This document shows, one piece after another, positions 38,199 to 47,856 of a stretch of DNA of 64,000 nucleotides. The DNA is taken from contig CAVXGR010000016.1 of the NCBI GenBank assembly GCA_963761335.1, positions 224,001-288,000 on the forward strand, in the 5' to 3' direction. A program made the position numbers and the translations under genes. Position 1 is the stretch's first letter. Each line of letters starts with the position of its first letter. This DNA comes from an uncultured delta proteobacterium. GTDB taxonomy: Bacteria > Desulfobacterota > Binatia > HRBIN30 > BPIQ01. The notes under the pieces are model-generated. The model made no database searches. It saw only the letters and a list, made by a program, of their open reading frames with translations, and was not told where the DNA came from.

Positions 38199-40915
38199 GC
38201 AACTTCACGGCCGAGGAGGCCATACAGCTACCGCTCCCAGCGGTGTCGCCCCCGGAGGGCTTTGATGCCTGCGTGCTCGACAGCAATTGGGGCCGAGACG
38301 CCAAGGTGTACCTCAACGGCGTGCGCGACCGCCTGTTCGCGCGCCACCGCGCCGGCGCCTCCGGACATGAGATCGTCGAGATCTACACGCGTGCCGTCGA
38401 CCATCTGATCACGGCGATCTACGCCGGCGCCGCGGCGCAGTATGCGGCGCGCTACGTGCGGCTCGATCAGCGCCTGGCGGTGGTTGCCCAGGGCGGTTAC
38501 GGTCGCGGCGAGCTCAACCCCTGCTCGGACATCGATCTCCTCTTTCTCTATCCGCGCCGCCTGGAGCCGTTCGTCGAGACGGTGGCGGAGCGCATCCTCT
38601 ACGTCCTCTGGGACACGGGTCTGACCGTCGGCCACGCGCTGCGCAACCTGCGCGAGTGCGTGCGCCTCGCCGCCAGCGATTTCAAGGTGAAGACGTCGCT
38701 CCTCGATGCCCGCTTCCTCTGCGGCGACACCTCGCTGTACGCCGAGTTCGCCTCGCTCATGGACCAGAGCGTCGTCACCCGCAACGTCGCCCGCTTCTTC
38801 AAGGACAAGGTCGCCGAGAACCAGGAGCGCCAGCAGCGCTACGGCGACTCCGTCTACATCCTCGAGCCGCAGATCAAGGAAGGGGAGGGCGGGCTGCGCG
38901 ATCTGCACACCGCCATGTGGCTGGCGCGGGTGAAGTTCAAGACCAACAGCGTCAAGGAGCTGATGCGCAAGGGCGTGCTGACGGAGCGCGAGATGGGCGA
39001 GGTGGAGACGGCGCGCGACTTCCTCTGGCGGGTGCGCAATGCCCTCCACTTCCTCTCCGGCAAGCATCAGGATCAGCTCACCTTCGAGTACCAGGAGCAG
39101 ATCGCCGCCGATATCGGATTTCAGGACAGCCCGCAGTCGAAGGCGGTAGAGCAGTTCATGCGCACCTACTACCTGCACGCCGCCAGCATCAACCGCTTCG
39201 CCACCGAGATGATCGAGCGCTGTCTCGAGCAGCCGCGGCCGTATCGCGCTCTCGGCAGCCTCATCGGCCGCGAGATCCGCCCCGGCGTGCGCCTGGCCAA
39301 CTCCATGCTCTCGATCTCGGATACCGGCATCCTCAGCCAGAATCCGGTCAACATCCTCTCCATCTTCCGCGACGCGCAGCGCCATGGCGTGGTTCTGAGC
39401 AACGGCGCCAAGCGCCTGGTCCGCGAGCACCTGTCGCTGATCGACGACGAGGTGCGCGGCTCGCGCGAGGCGGCGCAGATCTTCCGCGACATTCTCCGCT
39501 GGAAGACCGACGTCTACGAGAGCCTGATGGAGATGCACAAGCTCGGCGTTCTCGGGGCCTACATCCCGGAGTTCGGCCAGCTGCTCTGCATGGTGCAGCA
39601 CGACCTCTACCACATCTACACCGTCGACGAGCACTCGCTCATGGGCGTGCGCGAGCTCGAGCGCTTGCGCGAGGGCGTCTACAAGAAGGAGATGCCGCTG
39701 CTCACCCAGGTGATGCGCGAGGTCGACAGCGTGGAGATCGTCTTCCTCTCGATGATGTTCCACGACATCGGCAAGGGGCAGGGCGGCGGGCACTCGGAAA
39801 AGGGTGCCGCCATGGTCGAGGCCATCGCCGAGCGACTGCATCTCAACTCCGACGAGAGCGAGCAGCTCATCTTTCTGGTGCGCCATCATCTGCTGATGTC
39901 GCATCTGGCGCAGCGGCGCGACGTGCACGACCCGCGGCTGGTGATCGACTTCTCGCGCAACGTCGGCGCCACCGAGACCTTGAAGATGCTCTACCTCCTC
40001 ACCTTTGCCGACATGAAGGCGGTGGGGCCGAAGGTGTGGAACAACTGGAAGGACATGCTGATCAGCGAGCTCTACCTGCAGGCGGCGGATGTTCTGGAGA
40101 CCGGCGCCTTCGTCGAGGAGGCGCGCGAGGAGCGCGTCGCGCGCATCAAGCAGCGCGTCGCCGAGCAGCTGGAGGCGAAGGGAGCCGGGCGCGAGCGGGT
40201 GGAGGAGTTCCTGCGGGAAATGCCGGACCGCTACTTCCTCACCACTCCCGAGGAGGCGGTGCCGCGCCATTTCGCCATGCTCGGGCGCCTCGAGGAGGTG
40301 CCGGTGGAGACCGCGATCCGCCATTTTCCCGAGCGCGCCTTCAGCGAGTACACGGTCGTCACCCGCGATCGGCCAGGGCTGTTTGCGATGATCACCGGGG
40401 TGCTGCGCTGCTACGGTATGGATATCCTCGCCGCCGCGATCACCACCAGCCGCGATGGCAAGGCCGTCGACGTCTTCCGTCTCTCCCATGTCGACCGGGC
40501 CGAAATGGCCCAGGACAGCGAGCGCTGGGAGCGCGTGCAGACGGCTCTCGACCGCGTGCTCGAGGGCAAGACGGAGGTCGACCAGCTGATTGCGGCGGCG
40601 CGACCGCCGGCGTTCATGACCCGCAAGGTCGTCCCCCGGGTGGAGACCAAGGTGGAGATCGACAACGCCGCCTCGGATCTTTTCACCGTCGTCGACGTCT
40701 ACGCGCAGGACCGTCTCGGCCTTCTCTACACCATCGCCAACACGCTCTTTCACCTCGGCCTGTCGATTCACCTGGCGAAGATCACCACCAACGTCGATCA
40801 GGTGCTCGACGTCTTCTACGTGACCGACGTCCAGGGGCGGAAGCTCACCGACAGCGAGCGGTTGCAGGAGATGGAAGTGGTCCTGGAAGAGCGGCTGCGG
40901 GAAATGCCGCAGTAG
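38195..40915 (+). CDS. glnD: [protein-PII] uridylyltransferase
   Basis: GGYGRGEL..SDIDL, GGLRD, HIYTVDEH, HDIGKG, two ACT domains. Confidence 0.96.
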   Translation: MSNFTAEEAIQLPLPAVSPPEGFDACVLDSNWGRDAKVYLNGVRDRLFARHRAGASGHEIVEIYTRAVDHLITAIYAGAAAQYAARYVRLDQRLAVVAQGGYGRGELNPCSDIDLLFLYPRRLEPFVETVAERILYVLWDTGLTVGHALRNLRECVRLAASDFKVKTSLLDARFLCGDTSLYAEFASLMDQSVVTRNVARFFKDKVAENQERQQRYGDSVYILEPQIKEGEGGLRDLHTAMWLARVKFKTNSVKELMRKGVLTEREMGEVETARDFLWRVRNALHFLSGKHQDQLTFEYQEQIAADIGFQDSPQSKAVEQFMRTYYLHAASINRFATEMIERCLEQPRPYRALGSLIGREIRPGVRLANSMLSISDTGILSQNPVNILSIFRDAQRHGVVLSNGAKRLVREHLSLIDDEVRGSREAAQIFRDILRWKTDVYESLMEMHKLGVLGAYIPEFGQLLCMVQHDLYHIYTVDEHSLMGVRELERLREGVYKKEMPLLTQVMREVDSVEIVFLSMMFHDIGKGQGGGHSEKGAAMVEAIAERLHLNSDESEQLIFLVRHHLLMSHLAQRRDVHDPRLVIDFSRNVGATETLKMLYLLTFADMKAVGPKVWNNWKDMLISELYLQAADVLETGAFVEEAREERVARIKQRVAEQLEAKGAGRERVEEFLREMPDRYFLTTPEEAVPRHFAMLGRLEEVPVETAIRHFPERAFSEYTVVTRDRPGLFAMITGVLRCYGMDILAAAITTSRDGKAVDVFRLSHVDRAEMAQDSERWERVQTALDRVLEGKTEVDQLIAAARPPAFMTRKVVPRVETKVEIDNAASDLFTVVDVYAQDRLGLLYTIANTLFHLGLSIHLAKITTNVDQVLDVFYVTDVQGRKLTDSERLQEMEVVLEERLREMPQ

Positions 40916-40925
40916 CCGACCGCCG

Positions 40926-41810
40926 ATGCATGCCAGCATCGATCTGTTTCTCACCTCCCTGCGCGCCGAGCGCGGTCTCGCCGGGGCCACCATCGAAGCC
41001 TATGCCCGCGATCTGAGCGGCCTGGCAGCGCATCTCGAGGAGGCGGGGGTGCGCCACCCGGAGGAGGTCACGGCGGTGCACCTGCGCACCTTTCTGCAGC
41101 GGCTCGAGAGTCGAGGGCTTTCGGCGCGCAGCCGCGCGCGGACGCTGTCGACGGTGCGCGGCCTGTTCAAGTTTCTGGTGCGCGAGAAGGTGATCGCCGA
41201 TACCCCCGCCGCCGAGCTGCGGGCGCCGCGCCGCGGCCAGCGGCTGCCGCGCTCGCTCGGGCGCGAGGAGACGGCGCAGCTGCTGGCGGCGCCCGGAGGC
41301 TCGGCGCTGGCGAGGCGCGACGCCGCCATGCTCGAGCTGGTCTACGCTGCCGGCCTGCGCGTCTCCGAAGCCTGCGGGCTGCGTGTCGATCAGGTGAATC
41401 TCGAGGCCGGGTACCTCACAGTCGTCGGCAAGGGCAGCAAGGAGCGCGTCGTGCCCCTCGGCAGCCAGGCGCGCCGGCAGCTACTCGACTATTTGGCCGA
41501 CTCGCGCCCGCGGCTCGGCCGCGGCCGGGTCAGCGCGCAGCTGTTCCTGAGCCGCTTCGGGCGCCGCATGTCGCGCCAGTCCTTCTGGAGAATCGTGCGC
41601 AAGTACGCCCGCCAGCTGGGTCTGCGCGGGCCGGTCAGCCCACATACATTGCGCCACGCTTTCGCCACGCACCTGGTCGAAGGCGGCGCCGACCTGCGCG
41701 CCGTGCAGATGATGCTCGGGCACGCCGACATCTCCACCACCCAGGTCTACACGCACGTCGCCCGCGACCGCCTGCGCGAGATCCACCGCAAATTTCACCC
41801 CCGCGGCTGA
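40926..41810 (+). CDS. xerD: site-specific tyrosine recombinase XerD
   Basis: GLRVSE, GKGSKER, HTLRH, LGH, TQVY; ends FHPRG. Confidence 0.92.
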   Translation: MHASIDLFLTSLRAERGLAGATIEAYARDLSGLAAHLEEAGVRHPEEVTAVHLRTFLQRLESRGLSARSRARTLSTVRGLFKFLVREKVIADTPAAELRAPRRGQRLPRSLGREETAQLLAAPGGSALARRDAAMLELVYAAGLRVSEACGLRVDQVNLEAGYLTVVGKGSKERVVPLGSQARRQLLDYLADSRPRLGRGRVSAQLFLSRFGRRMSRQSFWRIVRKYARQLGLRGPVSPHTLRHAFATHLVEGGADLRAVQMMLGHADISTTQVYTHVARDRLREIHRKFHPRG

Positions 41811-41899
41811 GGGCTGTCGCAAACGAGTTTGCCCACCCGCGGGCAGAGTAGAAGCGGCGTCTCGCCGCTTCGGGAAGCGCCGGGACGGCGCTTCCACCC
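41809..41899. mobile_element. partial family B MITE
   Basis: 41848-41897 is the reverse complement of 7558-7607 with 2 mismatches; GGCTGTCGCAAA end. Confidence 0.7.
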
Positions 41900-41949
41900 T
41901 AGGGCAGGGCGGGTCGCGGCTCCGATTCTTTTCTGCTAGCTTCCGACGG

Positions 41950-42597
41950 GTGGAACATTTTGCGCAACAGCTGGCGGTGTGGGGGCTGCCGGTGCTGGCG
42001 GCGATCATCCTGCACGAGGTGTCGCACGGCTTCGTCGCCAATCGGCTCGGTGATCCAACGGCGCGCCGCGCCGGCCGGCTGACGCTCAATCCATTCCCGC
42101 ACGTCGATCCGATCGGCACCCTACTGCTGCCGGGCTTCCTGCTGCTGATGAGCTCCCCGTTCGTCTTCGGCTACGCCAAGCCGGTGCCGGTGAACTTCCG
42201 CAATCTGCGCAACCCGAAGCGCGACATGATCTGGGTGGCCGCCGCCGGGCCGCTGACCAACATCGCCCTGGCGATCGCCAGTGCCCTCGTCTTCCGCGGC
42301 TTGGCGGGCACGCAGGTGATCGCCGGAACCTGGTCGGCCGTGCTGCTGATGGCGCTCGCCTCCATGCTCCAGGCGAGCGTGGTGATCAACATCGTGCTCG
42401 CGGTCTTCAACCTGCTGCCCATCCTGCCGCTCGACGGCGGCCGGGTGCTCACCGGGCTCCTGCCCGTGCCGCAGGCCATGGCGTTCTCGCGCCTCGAGCC
42501 GTACGGCTTCGTCATCATCGTGCTGCTGCTGGCCAGCGGCGCCCTCGACCGCGTCATCGGCCCGGTGATCAACGCCTTCCTGCGGGTGCTGCTCTAG
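41950..42597 (+). CDS. site-2 protease (M50 family)
   Basis: HEVSH, AGP, NLLPILPLDGG. Confidence 0.92.
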   Translation: MEHFAQQLAVWGLPVLAAIILHEVSHGFVANRLGDPTARRAGRLTLNPFPHVDPIGTLLLPGFLLLMSSPFVFGYAKPVPVNFRNLRNPKRDMIWVAAAGPLTNIALAIASALVFRGLAGTQVIAGTWSAVLLMALASMLQASVVINIVLAVFNLLPILPLDGGRVLTGLLPVPQAMAFSRLEPYGFVIIVLLLASGALDRVIGPVINAFLRVLL

Positions 42598-42599
42598 GA

Positions 42600-43610
42600 G
42601 TGCCGGTGAGCGTCATCGTCAGCGGCATGCGGCCCACCGGCCGACTTCACCTCGGCCACCTGCACGGCGCCCTGCGCAACTGGATCCGCCTGCAGAGCGA
42701 GCAGCGCTGCTTCTTCTTCGTGGCCGACTGGCACGCGCTCACCTCGGATCCCGAGCACACCGCCGGGGTGCGCAGCAACAGCATCGAGATGGTCATCGAC
42801 TGGCTGGCCGCCGGGCTCGACCCGCAGAAGGCGGTGGTCTTTCAGCAGTCGGCAATCAAGGAGCACGCCGAGCTCTTTCTACTGCTCGCCATGATCACAC
42901 CGACGCCGTGGCTGCTGCGCAACCCGACGGTCAAGGAGCAGGCCCGCGACCTGGGCCTGGTGAGCGCCACCGAAGACGACAGCGAGCTCACCAAGCTGAA
43001 CTTCGGGCTGCTCGGCTACCCGGTGCTGCAGGCGGCCGACATCCTCATGTACAAGGCGCAGGGCGTGCCGGTGGGCGTCGATCAGGCGCCGCACATCGAG
43101 ATCACCCGCGAGATTGCCCGCCGCTTCAACAACTACTACGGTGACGTCTTTCCGGAGCCCGAGGCGCTGCTGACCGAGATTGCCAAGGTACCGGGCACCG
43201 ACGGCCGCAAGATGAGCAAGAGCTACAACAACGCCGTGCTGCTCGGCGACAGCCCCAAGGAGATCGAGACCAAGCTGTCGCGGATGATGACCGATCCGCG
43301 GCGCGTGCGTCGCAACGACCCGGGAGAGCCCGACGACTGCCCGGCGTTCAACCTGCACCGCATCTACTGCACCCCGGACGAGATCGACTACGTCACCAAG
43401 GGATGCCGCACCGCCGGGATCGGCTGCCTCGAGTGCAAGCAGGTGATGATCAAGCACGTGGTCGCCGACCTGGCGCCGATCCGCGAGCGCCGCAGCGAGC
43501 TCGAGCAGCGACCCGAAGAGGTCGGCGCTACGCTGGAGCGCGGCAACGCCATCGCCCGCGAGGTGGCGGCGCAGACCATGGCCGAGGTACGGGAGGCGGC
43601 GCGTCTATGA
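42600..43610 (+). CDS. trpS: tryptophanyl-tRNA synthetase
   Basis: HLGH, YPVLQAADI, GVDQ, KMSKS. Confidence 0.96.
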   Translation: MPVSVIVSGMRPTGRLHLGHLHGALRNWIRLQSEQRCFFFVADWHALTSDPEHTAGVRSNSIEMVIDWLAAGLDPQKAVVFQQSAIKEHAELFLLLAMITPTPWLLRNPTVKEQARDLGLVSATEDDSELTKLNFGLLGYPVLQAADILMYKAQGVPVGVDQAPHIEITREIARRFNNYYGDVFPEPEALLTEIAKVPGTDGRKMSKSYNNAVLLGDSPKEIETKLSRMMTDPRRVRRNDPGEPDDCPAFNLHRIYCTPDEIDYVTKGCRTAGIGCLECKQVMIKHVVADLAPIRERRSELEQRPEEVGATLERGNAIAREVAAQTMAEVREAARL

Positions 43611-44566
43611 GCGCAGAGGACGAGACGCAGACAGTCGCCGAGGACGACAGCCGCGAGGGAACGGCGACGCCGGGAGGGCAGCGCCCGCAAGTGAAGCTCG
43701 CCGTCTTCGAAGGGCCCCTCGATCTGCTGCTGCACCTGATCAAGCGCAGCGAGGTGGAGATCACCGACATTCCGATCGCCACCATCACCGAGCAGTACCT
43801 GGCCTATATCGAGATGATGCGCGACCTCAATCTCGACCTCGCCGGTGAGTTCCTGGTGATGGCCGCGACCCTGACGCTGATCAAGTCGCGCATGCTGCTG
43901 CCCGAGGAGCCCGCCGATCCGGAAGAGGAGGAGGGCGATCCGCGCGCCGATCTGGTGCGCCAGCTGCTCGAGTATCAGCGCTATCGGGAGGCGGCGGTGA
44001 CTCTGGCCGAGCGGCCGCGGCTCGATCAGGACGTCTTTGCGCGCGAGCCCTCCTGGGACGGCGAGGAGGCGCTCGCCGCTGAGCCGGCGCCGTTGAAGGT
44101 GACGGTGTGGGAGCTTCTGGAGGCGTTTCGCCGCGTCCTCGAGCGCGCCCGCCCGGCGCGCGTTCACGAGGTGGTGCTGGAGCAGGTGTCGCTGCGCGAG
44201 CGCGTCGGCTTCGTGCTCTCGCGCTTGCGCGTCGCGCGCCGGCTCGATTTCGAAGCGCTCTTTCCCGACGACGCCAGCCGGCTGGAGTTCATCGTGACCT
44301 TTCTCGCCATTCTCGAGCTGGTGCGCCTGCGCGCCGTGCAGGCGCACCAGCTCGAGGGCTTCGGTCCCATCGTCCTGATGCTCAACGAGTACGGCGATTC
44401 CGTGGACCTCGATGCGATCGAGGAGTACGAGGCGCCACCGGAGAACGGCCAAGGCGCCGCGGGAGAAGAAAGCGCGCCGAGAGAAACAACGGAAAGCATA
44501 ACCGCGGAGGGCGCCGAGACAGAAGAGAGGGCGCCGAGCGATGAGCCCGACAACTCGACGAGCTGA
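43607..44566 (+). CDS. scpA: segregation and condensation protein A
   Basis: FEGPLDLLL, EFLVMAA, FLAILEL. Confidence 0.93.
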   Translation: MSAEDETQTVAEDDSREGTATPGGQRPQVKLAVFEGPLDLLLHLIKRSEVEITDIPIATITEQYLAYIEMMRDLNLDLAGEFLVMAATLTLIKSRMLLPEEPADPEEEEGDPRADLVRQLLEYQRYREAAVTLAERPRLDQDVFAREPSWDGEEALAAEPAPLKVTVWELLEAFRRVLERARPARVHEVVLEQVSLRERVGFVLSRLRVARRLDFEALFPDDASRLEFIVTFLAILELVRLRAVQAHQLEGFGPIVLMLNEYGDSVDLDAIEEYEAPPENGQGAAGEESAPRETTESITAEGAETEERAPSDEPDNSTS

Positions 44567-44569
44567 CAA

Positions 44570-44649
44570 CCCAACAACCCAACAACCCAACAACCCAACA
44601 CCCCAACAACCCAACAACCCAACAACCCAACAACCTAACAACCTAACAA
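44570..44649 (+). repeat. octamer tandem repeat CC(C/T)AACAA x10
   Basis: direct reading; one unit is CCCAACAC. Confidence 0.92.
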
Positions 44650-44662
44650 CTGGGGGGTGGTG

Positions 44663-45466
44663 ATGGAGGAAGCGCAGCAAATGCCGGACAGCGAAAGACA
44701 GGACATCGAGAACGAGGCCCAGCTCGAAGCAGAGGGCGGGGCGGCGGCCGCGGACACGCGGCTGGCGGCGATCATCGAGTCGCTGCTCTTCGCGGCGGGC
44801 GAGCCGATGACGCTGCGCCGGCTGGCGGAGATCCTCAACGGGCCGTCGCCGGCAGAGGTGCGCGCCGCGCTGGACGAGGTGGCGCGCGGCTGCGAGGCGG
44901 AAGGCCGCGGCGTGCGCCTGGTCGAGGTCGCCGGCGGTTATCAGTTGCGCACCTCTCGGGAGAACGCCGAATGGGTCAAGGCGATCTTCCGCGAGCGGCC
45001 GCGCCGGCTGGGCCGCGCCGCGTTGGAGACGCTGGCGGTGATCGCCTACCGCCAGCCGATCACGCGCGCCGAGGTCGAGGCCATCCGCGGCGTCGACATC
45101 GACGCGGTGCTGAACACCCTGCTGCAGCGCAACCTGGTGCGCGTCAGCGGCCGCAAGGAGACCGTCGGCCGGCCGCTTCTGTACGCCACCTCGGAGAACT
45201 TTCTGGAGATCTTCGGCCTGCGCGACCTGAACGAGCTGCCGACCCTGAAGGAGATCTCGGCGACCCCCGAGGAGACCGAGGAGCAGAAGAATGAACAGTC
45301 CCAAACCGAGCCCGCAGGGGATACGCCTGCAGAAGCTGCTGAGCCAGGCGGGGATCTCCTCGAGGCGGAAGGCGGAGGAGCTGATCCGCGAGGGGAAGGT
45401 GCGGGTGAACGGGCGGACGATCTCGGAGCTGGGGACGAGAGCGGATCCGACCCGCGATCAGATTAG
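44663..45466 (+). CDS. scpB: segregation and condensation protein B
   Basis: IESLLFA, LETLAVIAYRQP, IRGV, GRP, FGL..L.ELP. Confidence 0.93.
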   Translation: MEEAQQMPDSERQDIENEAQLEAEGGAAAADTRLAAIIESLLFAAGEPMTLRRLAEILNGPSPAEVRAALDEVARGCEAEGRGVRLVEVAGGYQLRTSRENAEWVKAIFRERPRRLGRAALETLAVIAYRQPITRAEVEAIRGVDIDAVLNTLLQRNLVRVSGRKETVGRPLLYATSENFLEIFGLRDLNELPTLKEISATPEETEEQKNEQSQTEPAGDTPAEAAEPGGDLLEAEGGGADPRGEGAGERADDLGAGDESGSDPRSD

Positions 45467-46157
45467 CGTCGACGGGCGCCCTCTGCGCCTGCCGCAGGAG
45501 CTGACCTACATCCTCCTGCACAAGCCCGTGGGCGTGGTGACCACCCTCTCCGATCCCGAGGGGCGGCGCACGGTGCGCGATCTGCTCGCCGGTGTCCGCC
45601 TGCGCGTCTACCCCGTCGGCCGGCTGGACTACACGTCTTCGGGTCTGCTGATGCTCACCAACGACGGCGAGCTGACGATGCGCCTCATGCACCCGCGCTA
45701 CGGCATCGAGCGCGAGTACGTGGTGAAGACCAAGGGAGTGCCGGACGCCGCCGCCATCGACAGGTTGCGCCGCGGCGTGCGCCTCGACCGCGGCCGCGGC
45801 CGGCCGGCGAGCGCCCAGGTCTCGGTCGAGAAGCGGCAGGAAAGCAAGGCCTGGCTGCGCGTCGTGGTCACCGAGGGGCGTACCCACGAGGTGCGCCGCC
45901 TGTGCGCCGCCGTCGGCCTCGACGTCGAGAAGCTGCGCCGCGTCCGCTATGGCCCACTCGAGCTCGGCGATCTCGAGCCCGGCGAGTACCGCCTGCTGAC
46001 CGCCGCCGAGGTCACCGCCCTGCGCCGCGCCACCGGTCTCCTGGGCGGCTCCGCCGCCGCCGCGCCGCGCACCTCGCAGGGAGCCCGCGTCGAGGTGCGC
46101 TCGCGCAAGCGCCGCCCCACGGCGCCGTCACGCACGGGGAGCACCGCCCGCCGCTGA
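45291..46157 (+). CDS. rluB: 23S rRNA pseudouridine synthase (RluB-like)
   Basis: RLQKLL..SRRKAE S4 domain, GRLD, LTNDG, EGR. Confidence 0.88.
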   Translation: MNSPKPSPQGIRLQKLLSQAGISSRRKAEELIREGKVRVNGRTISELGTRADPTRDQISVDGRPLRLPQELTYILLHKPVGVVTTLSDPEGRRTVRDLLAGVRLRVYPVGRLDYTSSGLLMLTNDGELTMRLMHPRYGIEREYVVKTKGVPDAAAIDRLRRGVRLDRGRGRPASAQVSVEKRQESKAWLRVVVTEGRTHEVRRLCAAVGLDVEKLRRVRYGPLELGDLEPGEYRLLTAAEVTALRRATGLLGGSAAAAPRTSQGARVEVRSRKRRPTAPSRTGSTARR

Positions 46158-46249
46158 GCCGGCGGGAGATGATTGCAGAGTCGATCCGGCAAACTGGGAC
46201 AGTGCTTTGGAGCAGGGTAGTGTATCAGTTTGATTCCGACGCACGGGCA

Positions 46250-46400
46250 CCAGGTCCCTCTCCCCGCACTTCCGCGGGGAGAGGGCAGGTGAGGGGTCCC
46301 TTTCTGTTCCCTGAAAGCTCGTCGTTGACTACGCACCTTTAAGGAAGATCGGCACCCTCACCCCTGCCCCTCTCCCGCAGGCAATGCGGGAGAGGGTGAC
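46250..46400. repeat. family D double-hairpin element (about 145 bp)
   Basis: CCTCTCCCCGC..GCGGGGAGAGG hairpins; reverse complement is similar to 51837-51980 over its full length. Confidence 0.8.
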
Positions 46401-46448
46401 GCCGAACGGCCCGAAATGAATTGAGGCACTACTTGGCGCCCCCGTGCG

Positions 46449-46477
46449 TTGACTTCCGCGACCGCCGCCGCTATCAC
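46449..46477 (+). promoter_or_regulatory. putative tRNA promoter
   Basis: TTGACT, 17-bp spacer, TATCAC, just upstream of the tRNA. Confidence 0.55.
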
Positions 46478-46490
46478 TGATGGTTCGCGA

Positions 46491-46567
<77 letters not shown>

Positions 46568-46571
46568 TCGA

Positions 46572-46606
46572 GAAAGCCCCGCAGGTCCGCGCCTGCGGGG
46601 CTTCTC
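46572..46606 (+). terminator. hairpin after the tRNA, probable intrinsic terminator
   Basis: AAGCCCCGCAGG-loop-CCTGCGGGGCTT followed by a short pyrimidine run. Confidence 0.6.
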
Positions 46607-46670
46607 GCATTGGGGCCAGACGCTTGCATCGCCGGAAAGCACTCGTGTACAAGCGCTGCGGTAGTGCCGA

Positions 46671-47438
46671 ATGGCGGAGCGCGAGCCTCGATCGAAGGAG
46701 CACGTCGACAGGGACGGGGTGAGGACGGTCGAGGGCTCGGGGGTGCGTCTGAGCGTCTGGCTGCTGGCGCTGGCGATGACCCTGGTCGGCCTGGCCGTTT
46801 TCGTCGTTGTCCGCCCGGCGCTGGAGAAGCCGGCGCCGGAGCCCGCGGCGTCCGACGTCGCCGCCGAGCGGCCCGCGCCAGCGGCAATGGCGCCGGAGAA
46901 ACAAGCGCAGCGGAGAGCCCCGGCGACGATTCCGGCGGCCGCGCCCCTCCAGCAGCAGCCCGAGGACCGGCCAGCGCCGCAGGCGGCGGCGCCTCGGCCG
47001 GAGCCGGTCGAAGCCGGCGGAGAGCCGGCGGCCGCAGCCGATGAGTCGCTTGCGGCCGAAGCTGCCGATGAGGAGGCTGTGCCGGCGAACCAGGGCGATC
47101 AGCCGACCGGCATCGCGGTATTCCCGCCGCCAGGGACGAAGCCGATCAAGCGCGGCATCGTCGTCCCCGAGGGCATCGAGCTGCCGCCCGGCTACATTCG
47201 CCATTATCAGACCACCGACGACGGCCGGCAGCTGCCGCCGATCCTGATGTTCCATCCCGACTATCACCCCGTCGACGAGAACGGCGATCCGATTCCCCTT
47301 CCCGAGGATCGCGTCGTCCCCCCGGATATGGCCCCTCCGGGCATGCCCACCGAGACGCTGCAGGTTCCCGACGAGGGTGCCCCCGACGACGCCTGGCCGG
47401 CAGGACCCTCGCAGGGTCGCCGGAGAACGGAGCGCTAG
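46671..47438 (+). CDS. hypothetical membrane-anchored Pro/Ala-rich protein
   Basis: single N-terminal TM, low-complexity linker, compact C-terminal domain (FPPPGTKP..LPPGYIRHYQTTDDG..ILMFHPDY). Confidence 0.75.
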   Translation: MAEREPRSKEHVDRDGVRTVEGSGVRLSVWLLALAMTLVGLAVFVVVRPALEKPAPEPAASDVAAERPAPAAMAPEKQAQRRAPATIPAAAPLQQQPEDRPAPQAAAPRPEPVEAGGEPAAAADESLAAEAADEEAVPANQGDQPTGIAVFPPPGTKPIKRGIVVPEGIELPPGYIRHYQTTDDGRQLPPILMFHPDYHPVDENGDPIPLPEDRVVPPDMAPPGMPTETLQVPDEGAPDDAWPAGPSQGRRRTER

Positions 47439-47487
47439 CGCGACCCACAATCGCGGCGTTGCGCCGTTGCGTGAGTCCCCGGGACCC

Positions 47488-47563
47488 GGGGACAGGCACC
47501 TTTTCGGCGATGCTCGGCGCGTACCTGATCGCATCGGGGTTGCGCCGAAAGGAGCCAGGCCCC
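47488..47563. repeat. family E palindromic REP-like element
   Basis: GGGGACAGGCACCTTTTCGGCG ... CGCCGAAAGGAGCCAGGCCCC. Confidence 0.8.
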
Positions 47564-47605
47564 AGCCCCCAGCCCCCTTTCTGCCGTCGGGGCGCAAGAT
47601 TTTTC

Positions 47606-47635
47606 TTGACGAATTTTTCTCGAACGTGTTAGACG
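47606..47635 (+). promoter_or_regulatory. putative promoter for the SGNH gene with an overlapping palindrome
   Basis: TTGACG, 18-bp spacer, TG-T-TAGACG; CAAGA-TTTT-TCTTG palindrome 47595-47608. Confidence 0.4.
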
Positions 47636-47856
47636 GCGCCCCAGCTTGACTCCGAGACCCCGGATGCAGCGTCTTGGTTGGCACTCGGGGTGTACCGCAA
47701 TCCCGCGCGGAGGGGCGTTTCGTCTGTCGCACAGAGGAGGGGGACAAATGGCGCGTGCCCGTGAGCCGACCGCCCCGTAGCGGCGCGATCCGTTCCATAC
47801 TCGGCCATTTCTGGACTTCAATCGGCTGGCCGCGCTGAGCGGCCCAGGAGGGGGAA

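Noticed and set aside
40926..41810. Tyrosine recombinase as an island or prophage integrase
   Set aside because: Length, motifs and the glnD-xerD-S2P-trpS-scpAB context fit housekeeping XerD
46185..46240. CAAACTG...CAGTTTG inverted repeat as an IS end
   Set aside because: Only 7 bp, single occurrence, no partner or transposase
47678..47700. Sigma54 promoter at TGGCAC
   Set aside because: The -12 position reads GTGT rather than TTGC
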